From Thermodesulfovibrionales bacterium (GTDB lineage Bacteria; Nitrospirota; Thermodesulfovibrionia; Thermodesulfovibrionales; SM23-35), in NCBI GenBank assembly GCA_963715195.1, contig CAVQRT010000030.1, forward strand, positions 128,001-192,000: a DNA stretch of 64,000 nucleotides, given 5' to 3'. Positions 55,766 through 64,000 of the stretch are shown piece by piece; position 1 is the stretch's first letter; the number at the start of each line of letters is the position of its first letter. Position numbers and translations under genes: made by a program. The notes beneath the pieces were generated by a model. It ran no database searches. It saw nothing but the letters and a program-made list of their open reading frames with translations, and had not been told where the DNA came from.

Positions 55766-55917
55766 GGATAAAAGGAGATTGATAATAAACGACTCTTCTC
55801 CAGCCTTGCTCTATAGGGACTAATCCAAAAAGATGTGAGCCAAACCCGCCTCAGGCTGACAATCAGGAATCATATAGAGTAAACTTTGTACTAAGCGAAA
55901 GGTATCAGGAGGTTGTT

Positions 55918-57306
55918 GTGGAACGGTTACTGATAAGAAATGTTCTTTCTGAAGAGCATATCGGTAAGCAAATCACTGTCTGCGGATGGGTAAGAACCAT
56001 ACGCGAATCCAAGGGCTTTGCATTTCTTGTCGTGAGCGACGGTTCAACCCAGGATACCCTCCAGCTTGTAATCCCTAAGGAAGCACCAGCATTTCACCAA
56101 CTTCAGAGATGCAGCACCGGATCAGCTATCCGGGCAAGCGGGATTTTAAGAGAATCTCCTGCAAAAGGTCAGAGAGTCGAAATGGAAGTTTCAGAGATCA
56201 TGATCTTTGGTGAGGCGGATCCGGAAGCATATCCGCTGCAGAAAAAAGGTCACACTCTTGAATTCTTACGGGAGATCAGCCACCTCAGGCCTCGAACGAA
56301 CACCTTTGGTGCAGTCTTCAGGCTGCGCAACATCCTCGCTGCATCAATCCACGAATTTTTTCAGAGCAGGGGATTTCTCTGGATTCATACTCCCATCATC
56401 ACTGCAAGCGATTGCGAGGGTGCAGGAGATCTGTTCACGGTAACATCCCTCGATCTCAATAGTCTACAGAGAAGAGCTGACGGCGGCATTGATTTTTCCG
56501 AGGACTTTTTTGGCAGGCGAGGGTATCTGACCGTGAGCGGACAGCTTGAGGCGGAGTTCCTGGCGATGTCCCTCGGAAAAGTATATACCTTTGGTCCGAC
56601 ATTCAGGGCAGAGAATTCCAATACTACACGCCACCTTTCAGAATTCTGGATGATCGAGCCTGAAATAGCATTTGCAGATCTGCAGGATGACATGAAGCTC
56701 GCTGAGGATTTCTTCAGGTTTCTCTGCAGAGAGATCATCGAAAAAGGGGAAAAAGAACTTGCTTTTCTCGAAAGTCAGTATAAGAGGATTTCCTGTCAGG
56801 AACTTGCCAGGCTGGCAGAAACATCTTTCGCTCATATGTCCTATACGGAAGCATTAGAGGAACTGAAAACTGCGAAGGAGAGCTTTGAATTCCCCGTTTC
56901 ATGGGGTGTGGATTTGCAGTCGGAACACGAACACTATCTCGCCGATACGGTCATCAAAGGGCCGCTCATCATTACTGACTACCCGGAAGAGATTAAGGCA
57001 TTTTATATGAGGCTCAATCCTGACGGGAGAACCGTTGCGGCTATGGATGTACTTGTCCCAAAAGTGGGGGAGATCATCGGAGGCAGCCAGCGTGAGGAGA
57101 GGCTTGATGTACTCAAAGAGCGGATGCAGCAGGCAGGTATTCCGCTGGAGAACCTCGAGTGGTATCTTGATCTCAGAAGGTTCGGGACAGCACCTCATGC
57201 GGGGTTTGGACTCGGATTCGAAAGGCTTGTGCAATTCATGACGGGTATGGTAAATATCCGGGACGTCATACCCTGTCCGCGCGCACCTCGTACTATCGGT
57301 TTCTAA
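55918..57306 (+). CDS. asnS: Asparagine--tRNA ligase
   Basis: HLRPRTN, LTVSGQL, FRAENSNT.RHL.EFWMIEPE, GFGLGFER. Confidence 0.96.
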   Translation: MERLLIRNVLSEEHIGKQITVCGWVRTIRESKGFAFLVVSDGSTQDTLQLVIPKEAPAFHQLQRCSTGSAIRASGILRESPAKGQRVEMEVSEIMIFGEADPEAYPLQKKGHTLEFLREISHLRPRTNTFGAVFRLRNILAASIHEFFQSRGFLWIHTPIITASDCEGAGDLFTVTSLDLNSLQRRADGGIDFSEDFFGRRGYLTVSGQLEAEFLAMSLGKVYTFGPTFRAENSNTTRHLSEFWMIEPEIAFADLQDDMKLAEDFFRFLCREIIEKGEKELAFLESQYKRISCQELARLAETSFAHMSYTEALEELKTAKESFEFPVSWGVDLQSEHEHYLADTVIKGPLIITDYPEEIKAFYMRLNPDGRTVAAMDVLVPKVGEIIGGSQREERLDVLKERMQQAGIPLENLEWYLDLRRFGTAPHAGFGLGFERLVQFMTGMVNIRDVIPCPRAPRTIGF

Positions 57307-58258
57307 ACTTTTTTCGTCCCATCTCTTCGATGATAGCTGCGGCGAGTAAAGGGAACATGATTTCGTGATGGCCGGTGAGGGCATAACACGCTCCCTTGCC
57401 CATCGTAGGTCTTCTCAAAACATTTTCCTGCGGCCGGTAGTGATGGATACAATCCATATTGACTGTTGTGATATTCTCGACTTTATTCCCAAGGTTCCTT
57501 GCTATAGTCAACGCCTTTAAAAAGACTTCCGGCATGATGACGGCTGACCCGAGATTGATATATACGCCACCGTCGAGATCGGATACAACAGAGGTGAAGA
57601 GCATAAAATCCCTGAAGCTTCCTTCACCCATAGCCGATCCATCGGCATGGGGGTGCATATGAATAATATCGGTCCCGATTGCCACATGGACAGTCGCAGG
57701 AATGCCGAGTCTGCAGGCAGTTGCGAAGATACTATTATCCCTGAACTGATATGAACTCCGGGAAATCATCTCTCCGACAGACTTCCCTATGCCGTATCCC
57801 CGTTTGATTCCGTCTTTGATTGCCCTGTTGAGATGCAGGCCTGTTTCACGGGCCATTCCGAAAGTCCCGCTGCAGAGTTCCCTCGCAACATCTTCAGAAG
57901 TGGTGCCGATAAATGACAGCTCAAAGTCGTGAATGATGCACGCTCCGTTTGTTGACAAGGCTGTAAAAACGTCTTTTTGCATGAGATCGATGATGACCGG
58001 TGAAAGGCCGACCTTTATGGGGTGGGCACCCATTCCAAGAATTACCGGTTTCCTGTTTTTTCGTGCCGTTACAATTGCATGCACAACAGCCTTGAAATCA
58101 TTGACTGCAAGGATACGGGGAAGTTTATCGAGAAACGTGCTCAGGGTATCACCTTTTTCATAAGGGCGCGAGAAGGATGGCATGGCAACTTTGCTCTTTC
58201 TCTTCCTGATTGCATAGGTCTTCACACCCCTCAGTGAAACAGGTTTATAATGTTTCAT
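57293..58258 (-). CDS. Conserved hypothetical protein, deoxyhypusine-synthase-like fold
   Basis: MGAHPIKVG, HDFE, FGMA.ET, GTDIIH.HP, GSAV.MPEVFLKA, GHHEI; no function recognised. Confidence 0.7.
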   Translation of the reverse strand: MKHYKPVSLRGVKTYAIRKRKSKVAMPSFSRPYEKGDTLSTFLDKLPRILAVNDFKAVVHAIVTARKNRKPVILGMGAHPIKVGLSPVIIDLMQKDVFTALSTNGACIIHDFELSFIGTTSEDVARELCSGTFGMARETGLHLNRAIKDGIKRGYGIGKSVGEMISRSSYQFRDNSIFATACRLGIPATVHVAIGTDIIHMHPHADGSAMGEGSFRDFMLFTSVVSDLDGGVYINLGSAVIMPEVFLKALTIARNLGNKVENITTVNMDCIHHYRPQENVLRRPTMGKGACYALTGHHEIMFPLLAAAIIEEMGRKKFRNR

Positions 58259-58347
58259 GGGATACATCTTACCATAAAATACCCCTGGCGGGATTAGTAA
58301 TTTCCCGTGCATTTCAGTGCAAAACAGCATTTACCCGAAATATATTC

Positions 58348-58407
58348 TGACAGAAAAGATGTCGGGCATATATCCATCAAAACATCTCGAATGAAGGATT
58401 TGCGTCT
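58348..58407. repeat. Dispersed 60-bp intergenic repeat, copy 2
   Basis: 47/60 ungapped identity to 18091-18150. Confidence 0.8.
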
Positions 58408-58720
58408 TTATTATTATGAGAGCTGAAAGACAGGACTCGAACTTTCAGTCATTGATATTTCAAATCTCAACTACCTCTTGCACTGTTTCGGAAAGCATAT
58501 TCAGACCTTTATAAGGAATTGTGCACACATAATCCAGATATGCTTGGCTGGATTTATATATCGTTTACAACTCACGACCCACCTAAGAAGGGAAATGAGT
58601 CAAGGCCTTGCGGTTATTTTCTTAAATTTGCAGCTCACATCGCTTTTGGTTATCGTAATCTATCCGCGCTGAATACTTAATCCTGATAAAACAGAATTAC
58701 CTTAAGATCAGGACATAAGA

Positions 58721-59170
58721 TCAATCTTTAGAAATGCCACGGCGTGATCGTGCAGTATCTTTAAGATATGAAGCTAATGCACTCCTTTCTTGCTGGGTAA
58801 ATTGTTTTGCCAGTTCTTTCATTGCATTTGATAACTGTTGCATCATAAGTCCACGCAGTTCATGCAGTTTTTTGGCTTCAGACTCATAAGCAGTTTCATT
58901 GAATTCAGGGGCGATCAGGATGGAAAATATCTTTTCCCTTGTTTCTTTCATTTGGTTGCGAATACCTCGATTTTCCCGACGCACTTTCCCCATAGCATCG
59001 AAGAATAACTTTTCTTTTTCTGGAGAGAGTTTTAACGAAAGTTCCGGTGGTTTTCTTCTGAAGGAATCTCCTTTTGAAAAGCGATGTGACATATCCCCTA
59101 TGACAAAGCCAATGAGCAATATATTCAAGACCAGTGAACACACAATCAATATTTTTATGTTCTTGCTCAT
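58721..59170 (-). CDS. Periplasmic heavy-metal sensor / Spy-like helical protein
   Basis: SLVLN TM anchor, helical body, FTQQER (LTxxQ-like) end. Confidence 0.75.
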   Translation of the reverse strand: MSKNIKILIVCSLVLNILLIGFVIGDMSHRFSKGDSFRRKPPELSLKLSPEKEKLFFDAMGKVRRENRGIRNQMKETREKIFSILIAPEFNETAYESEAKKLHELRGLMMQQLSNAMKELAKQFTQQERSALASYLKDTARSRRGISKD

Positions 59171-59613
59171 ATTACATCTCCTTCATCAAAGAGGAACGCC
59201 TGCAAGTGTGTTTCCTCTGTATTGTTCAAAACTAAAGACCCGTTGGGATTCGTAAACCCTATGGCAAATCCAATCGTCAATGCTAATAACATTACAAAAG
59301 AGATTACTGCTAACGCTGGCCGAGGAATATGAAATTCATCAATCAATCCCGCTATAAAAGATCCGAGGCTGAAGGGGTCTCTCTGTCTTCGTTGTAAAGA
59401 TGCTGAGATAATGCGCTGTGCAAAATTATCTGCAGGCCCTTCATATCCTCTGGCTTGCAGCAATCTTTCAAAATTGTGATGATCTTTTTGTAACGCCTGT
59501 AGCTCAGAGGAACTCTCTAATGCTTCCAAACCTAACCGCCGAATCTTTTCAGGCCACTTGTTAATATTTGCACCGTAAAGAAGAAGATATTCTTCGAACT
59601 CTTTTCTATGCAT
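59167..59613 (-). CDS. Putative anti-sigma factor
   Basis: Directly after ECF sigma; YGA....WP N-terminus and one TM helix. Confidence 0.7.
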   Translation of the reverse strand: MHRKEFEEYLLLYGANINKWPEKIRRLGLEALESSSELQALQKDHHNFERLLQARGYEGPADNFAQRIISASLQRRQRDPFSLGSFIAGLIDEFHIPRPALAVISFVMLLALTIGFAIGFTNPNGSLVLNNTEETHLQAFLFDEGDVI

Positions 59614-59626
59614 TATAGTATCCCCC

Positions 59627-60187
59627 CTAAAAATGCTGCTTGACCCTTTCCTTTAAGGTCATTTTAGCACGCATAATGAGAGACTGCAGGGCTTTCAGGT
59701 TGACCCCGAGTATCTCAGCCGCTTCCTGATTACTTATTCCTTCATAAAAACAAAGATTCAGTGCCAATTGTTGTCTTTCGGGGAGTTCCCGTATCAAACG
59801 CTCCAGCATTAACTGTTTCTGCTTCTCCTCTATCACTACTTCATGTCCTTGCTGTTTATCTGGCAGTGGCATTTCTTCGGATATAGGCTCCGGCTTTTTT
59901 TTCCTGTTGTGGTCGATACAGAGATTAAGGACAACTCTATAAAACCATGTGGTAAATTTTGCCTCTCGCTTTGGATTCCAGTTTAACCGTTTTTCCCAGA
60001 GTTTTATAAAGGCTTCCTGAACAATATCCTCTGCATCATTCTTTTCAAAAATGAGTCGATATGCAATATTGTAAAATTTCTTCGAATGGCGATTTACAAT
60101 TTCTGCAAATGCGTCGTGTCTTCCTTCCTGAATCAGTCTGATTAAAAACTCATCGTCACCTTGAGATACATTATTTCCCATGGCCAT
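59627..60187 (-). CDS. ECF RNA polymerase sigma factor
   Basis: DAEDIVQEAF, F.TWFYRV..NLCID, region 4 LPERQ...EAAEILG. Confidence 0.93.
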   Translation of the reverse strand: MAMGNNVSQGDDEFLIRLIQEGRHDAFAEIVNRHSKKFYNIAYRLIFEKNDAEDIVQEAFIKLWEKRLNWNPKREAKFTTWFYRVVLNLCIDHNRKKKPEPISEEMPLPDKQQGHEVVIEEKQKQLMLERLIRELPERQQLALNLCFYEGISNQEAAEILGVNLKALQSLIMRAKMTLKERVKQHF

Positions 60188-60269
60188 TGCTGCCTTGATT
60201 GTATAATACGCCTCAAGAAAAATGTTGTGGGGGCGAATAACATTCTCTCCCCCACACACAGATAGCAGG

Positions 60270-60710
60270 TTATTTATCCCAACGAGTTCCATGCCGCCCA
60301 TGGTGACGTAGTTTAAGTGGAATTATTTCAGCCAGAATCTTACGTTCTTCCTGGGTAAACTGCTGTGCTACTTGAGCAAATCCCTCAACCATTGTTTGCC
60401 TTTCCTTCTGGCGTACCATCCGCAGGTTATTCATTTTTTCAAGGAACATCTCTTCGTCGAATATAGGTGCAGTGAGTACATCACGTATTTCTTTTTTAAG
60501 GTTCTTTATTTGTTCACGATTTTCTGCTGTTTTTTCCCTTGTTTCTTTCATGGTCTGACGAAAGAGCAGTGCTTTATCTGCCGGCAGCTGTGACAGGAGC
60601 TCATGTTTTGGTGCTCTATCACCACGTCCTTTACCCTCAAATGCAGAAGCCATAGAACATAGAGATATTACTACTATCACTGTTACCAATACTGATAGAC
60701 TCTTTTTCAT
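60270..60710 (-). CDS. Periplasmic Spy/CpxP-like protein
   Basis: Signal peptide, helical body, FTQEER, His/Arg/Gly-rich tail. Confidence 0.75.
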   Translation of the reverse strand: MKKSLSVLVTVIVVISLCSMASAFEGKGRGDRAPKHELLSQLPADKALLFRQTMKETREKTAENREQIKNLKKEIRDVLTAPIFDEEMFLEKMNNLRMVRQKERQTMVEGFAQVAQQFTQEERKILAEIIPLKLRHHGRHGTRWDK

Positions 60711-62494
60711 TATTTCTTCTCCTTTTTCTGTCCATGCTTCTCATCTCTTCCCGGATGAGAAGCAGGTTTGGATTCCTGACGTCTGGGCTGGTTGTTGTTT
60801 TGAGCAAAGGTGACCCTTGGTTCCTGACGCTGCACCTGCCTGCTGACCTGAGGAGTGGGCTTGGGTTCCGCACGACGGACAGTTCTGGTGGATTGCGGGG
60901 TGACCTTTGATTCCTGACGCTGTACCTGCTTGCTGACCTGAGGAGTGGGCTTGGGTTCTGCACGACGGACAGTTCTGGTGGATTGCGGGGTGACCTTTGA
61001 TTCCTGACGCTGTACCTGCCTGCTGACCTGAGGAGTGGGCTTGGGTTCTGCACGATGTAAACTCTGATTCAATGAAATGGATTTTTTATCCTTAATCACA
61101 TTGACACGCTTTGGAGTTATGGCTTTATTTTCTTTAAATGCAGAAATGTTCTTGTTTATAGCAATGTTTCTCCTACTCAATTCTCTGGTTCTTTTAGTGT
61201 CCAGTGCCGCCTTTGTTGGCAAATACCTCTGATGAACAACCTTTGAAGGCAGGGGGGAATAATTAACCTGCTTCATAGAAGGTCTTCCTGCTGATACCCT
61301 CAATCCTGTGCGAAATGGATTAGCCGGTGCATTCCTCACTCTCATGTGTTTTCCCTTAACAAAGGTATCATGGTGAACAACGGTAACAGCATGAGCCACT
61401 CTGGTATTTACATAAACATTTGTTACATTGATATTCTTTATATTTACCTTTGTGACGTTAACGCTGTGCCGGCCATAATGACCATATCCATAATATATTT
61501 CACGAGGTGCAAGCGGCACCCATGATACATATGTCGGCGTATTAATCCATGCGACAAACCCAGGTCCCCAGAAAACATCATTTACTGCAGGGGGGACCCA
61601 AAACCAGCCGATTCCGACAGTGAACCCCCATCTGCCGTAATGATAGGGTGCCCATCCCCAGGGTTCATAGGAGACCCATACATAATCATGATTTCTCCAT
61701 ACCCATCGTCCGTCCCTGTAAGGCGCCCAGGTATTAACCATTATGCGGGGACTCCAGACATACCCATAATCTGGTGTATGAACCCAATAACCATACTGAT
61801 CAAAATCAGCACTGTAATCGTACAGTGCCGATGGAAGATACTTTATACTCGTACCTGTTCGTGCAATGAGAGAATCCCTGGACACATTCCAACTCAACCA
61901 GCCATCATTCGCTCTCCTGGGAGAAAGTTCAGCGTAGTTATCAGTGCTTACTGAAATCATATCCCCGGCACTAACCTTTGTGTAACCATGCTGTCCTTCA
62001 ACAGAGACCGTCCCCTTTATCACAGAGACTTCTGTGTATCCGCCTTCAGAAACATACACATCAAATATTGCTGAACTATACGCCATGGCAGAAACCAGAG
62101 GGGTATCAACCTGAAATACGGAATTTCTGGCAGCAGATCCATTGCAATGTACGTATGTTCTTCCCTGAGTTACAGCAACTTGAGTAATATCCCCTTCGCT
62201 ATCCCTCTCAAGCTTTGTGATATCCAGACCAGTGTTTTTTTCAGCACGAATATATGATCCGCCAAGGAATTGTATTTCTGACCTTCCGTTTTCAGGAACC
62301 CATATTTTGTCTTCCGATAGCAAAGGAACGTTTATTGATGCTGCTATCCATTCGTTGCCTGTATCCTGAGTCTGCACAAGGACATCGCCTTCCATCAGGC
62401 TTATTCGTGCCGAACCAATAGGACTAGCGTAGAGTGAAAAGGGTATTATCGAAACTATTGCAACCATTACTAAAACCAATACCAACCTTTTCAT
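60710..62494 (-). CDS. Secreted FecR/DUF6600-like protein with Pro/Gln/Arg-rich repeat tail
   Basis: Signal peptide, ARIS..EGDV FecR-like start, YG.W...YGYVW.P, WGWAPYHYGRW; AGGAGG RBS before ATG 62494. Confidence 0.8.
   Translation of the reverse strand: MKRLVLVLVMVAIVSIIPFSLYASPIGSARISLMEGDVLVQTQDTGNEWIAASINVPLLSEDKIWVPENGRSEIQFLGGSYIRAEKNTGLDITKLERDSEGDITQVAVTQGRTYVHCNGSAARNSVFQVDTPLVSAMAYSSAIFDVYVSEGGYTEVSVIKGTVSVEGQHGYTKVSAGDMISVSTDNYAELSPRRANDGWLSWNVSRDSLIARTGTSIKYLPSALYDYSADFDQYGYWVHTPDYGYVWSPRIMVNTWAPYRDGRWVWRNHDYVWVSYEPWGWAPYHYGRWGFTVGIGWFWVPPAVNDVFWGPGFVAWINTPTYVSWVPLAPREIYYGYGHYGRHSVNVTKVNIKNINVTNVYVNTRVAHAVTVVHHDTFVKGKHMRVRNAPANPFRTGLRVSAGRPSMKQVNYSPLPSKVVHQRYLPTKAALDTKRTRELSRRNIAINKNISAFKENKAITPKRVNVIKDKKSISLNQSLHRAEPKPTPQVSRQVQRQESKVTPQSTRTVRRAEPKPTPQVSKQVQRQESKVTPQSTRTVRRAEPKPTPQVSRQVQRQEPRVTFAQNNNQPRRQESKPASHPGRDEKHGQKKEKK
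60809..61055. repeat. 90-bp tandem repeat, about 2.7 copies, in frame
   Basis: Units start 60811, 60901, 60991; encode RRAEPKPTPQVSRQVQRQESKVTPQSTRTV. Confidence 0.95.
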
Positions 62495-62927
62495 GACATT
62501 TGCCTCCTTTTTTTGCTTTGCAAGTTGCATCTTATATATTTATACGAATAGAAATCCAAAAGTCTTCGCACTGTTTCAAAGAGGGGGAAAAGATTCTTCG
62601 TTGATTAGGGAATATAGCAATATGAAAATCTTACCGAAGAAAGTTTGTCGAAGCCTGAAGCAGGGATAAGATATCACTGGCGATGGCATTGCTGAATTAG
62701 TGCCTCATATTTATTTAGAGAAGAAACAAACGCTGATCTTCAGGAATAAAAACCTCGGCCAACCATATTTTCCCGGGACTTACATATATTACCTTTCTCT
62801 TAAAAGCTCACCTGAAAGCAGATATAGCAATTTCTTAAGACACTTGCTAAGATTAATCACGGGTAATATAAGCAGTGATACTTTCTAAGAAAATTATCTC
62901 GGCCTCTTAGTGAAAAGAGAGGGCAGC

Positions 62928-64000
62928 ATGATAAGGGTCATTTCACGGGTTACGGTCCTTTTTTGTTTTGTAGCTTTGCTTATCTCATGTGGTAGCGACG
63001 GGAATGATAGAAAAGTCTTTCCCAAACCACCAGCAGGGGAGCTCTATGTTGCTAATTCTCTTCTGAATACAATTTCAGTCTTCGATGCATCACTGAAAGG
63101 CAACGTAAATCCATCAAGGACTTTTGGTGATTTGACAGGACTCAGTTCGCCAAGCGGTATCTTTTTTGATGCTACAAACAATGAAATTTTTGTATGCAAT
63201 CCGTTAAGGGACTCCATCACCGTATATGCAATGAGTGATAGTGGAAATGTGAATCCATTGAGAACCATCTCAGGACCATCAACAGGGTTAGACATCCCGC
63301 ATAGCCTTTCTGTTGATTCTATTAACAATGAAATCTTTGTGGCAAACATTAATAATTCAATCGCTGTATATCCGAGGAGTGCCAATGGGAATGTAGCTCC
63401 TCTGAGGACTATCGCCGGGGATTCAACAGGGCTAAGCGGACCAGGAGGTATAGCCATTGATACTCTTAATAATGAAGTGTTTGCGACAAATCTTGGTGCA
63501 GACGGTTCGGTTACGGTATATCCAAGGAATGCCAGTGGGAACGTGGCTCCTCTGCGAATGATTTCAGAAGATCTTACCGGTATTACATTTTCAACAGTGA
63601 TAACCGTGGATACATTTAATAATGAGATATTTGTTGGGAATGAAAAATCGGTCACGGTATATCCGAGGACTGCCAACGGCAATGCAGCTCCGCTGAGAAA
63701 ACTATCAGGGATTTCGACAGGTATAAATCGACCGAACGGTGTAGCAGTTGATCCTGTAAAAGATGAAATTTTTATCGCTGATTATACCAATAATACCATT
63801 GCTGTTTTTCCGAGGACGGCCAATGGAAATGCAACTCCGCTGAGAAAGATATCGGGGGATTCCACATGTCTGGATCAGCCAAATGGCCTGGCAATCGATT
63901 CACCTCGCAGTGAAATCCTTGTTTCAAATAGCCAAAATGACTCCATTACCTTTTATGCAATGACAGATAACGGGAATGTGGCCCCGCTCAGAGTTATATC
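62928..64000 (+). CDS. NHL/beta-propeller repeat lipoprotein (3' truncated by window; absent from ORF track)
   Basis: Manual translation MIRVISRVTVLFCFVALLISC (lipobox) then repeats of NEIFVAN...SI.VY...A.GNVAPLRTI.G..TGL..P.GI..D. Confidence 0.85.
   Translation, partial: MIRVISRVTVLFCFVALLISCGSDGNDRKVFPKPPAGELYVANSLLNTISVFDASLKGNVNPSRTFGDLTGLSSPSGIFFDATNNEIFVCNPLRDSITVYAMSDSGNVNPLRTISGPSTGLDIPHSLSVDSINNEIFVANINNSIAVYPRSANGNVAPLRTIAGDSTGLSGPGGIAIDTLNNEVFATNLGADGSVTVYPRNASGNVAPLRMISEDLTGITFSTVITVDTFNNEIFVGNEKSVTVYPRTANGNAAPLRKLSGISTGINRPNGVAVDPVKDEIFIADYTNNTIAVFPRTANGNATPLRKISGDSTCLDQPNGLAIDSPRSEILVSNSQNDSITFYAMTDNGNVAPLRVI

Noticed and set aside
55770..55917. T-box leader for asnS
   Set aside because: No T-box consensus or terminator/antiterminator; only a 10-bp inverted repeat
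58420..58445. tRNA 3' remnant (att site) on minus strand, GTTCGAGTCCTGTCTTTCAGC
   Set aside because: Only the T-loop decamer matches; no T-stem or match to the four tRNAs here and no integrase nearby
60637..61053. Alternative-frame 138-aa repeat ORF
   Set aside because: By-product of the tandem repeat inside the larger CDS
60809..61055. CRISPR array
   Set aside because: Contiguous in-frame 90-bp units with no unique spacers and no cas genes
63044..63682. 212-aa minus-strand ORF
   Set aside because: Antisense shadow of the + strand NHL lipoprotein

Overview
Bacterial chromosomal segment, most consistent with an anaerobic Nitrospirota/Deltaproteobacteria-like organism (inferred from gene repertoire, not proven). 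Core content: dGTPase 3' end, XRE regulator, DRG-type GTPase, gyrA, comM, a futalosine menaquinone operon (ubiD/ubiA/ubiX-like, mqnE, mqnA, mqnC, menG) coupled to dppDF, pyrE, dppBC, an RlmL-like methyltransferase, transaldolase, larE, rng, mscL, bamD, bioB, four tRNAs (Arg-TCT, His-GTG, Arg-CCG, Lys-CTT), typA, asnS, an ECF sigma/anti-sigma/Spy-like cluster and a truncated NHL-repeat lipoprotein. An accessory island (about 19.5-33.5 kb) carries a K+ channel, a PII-like + 2x DUF1538 module, a cation transporter, a three-way chimera (cytochrome c peroxidase / IS110 / DUF202 fragments) and an N-type ATPase operon that lacks atpR, has an atypical c subunit and three frameshifts. Best unexplained signals: (1) a cI-like XRE gene with a candidate operator over its own promoter and over a downstream promoter that would make a short C-rich terminated RNA; (2) a highly self-complementary non-coding element at the island's left edge; (3) many genes with a -10 box 5-8 nt before the start codon (leaderless mRNAs); (4) a dispersed 60-bp repeat and scattered heptamer arrays. 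No CRISPR array or rRNA was seen. All calls are from motif recognition by eye; no searches were run.
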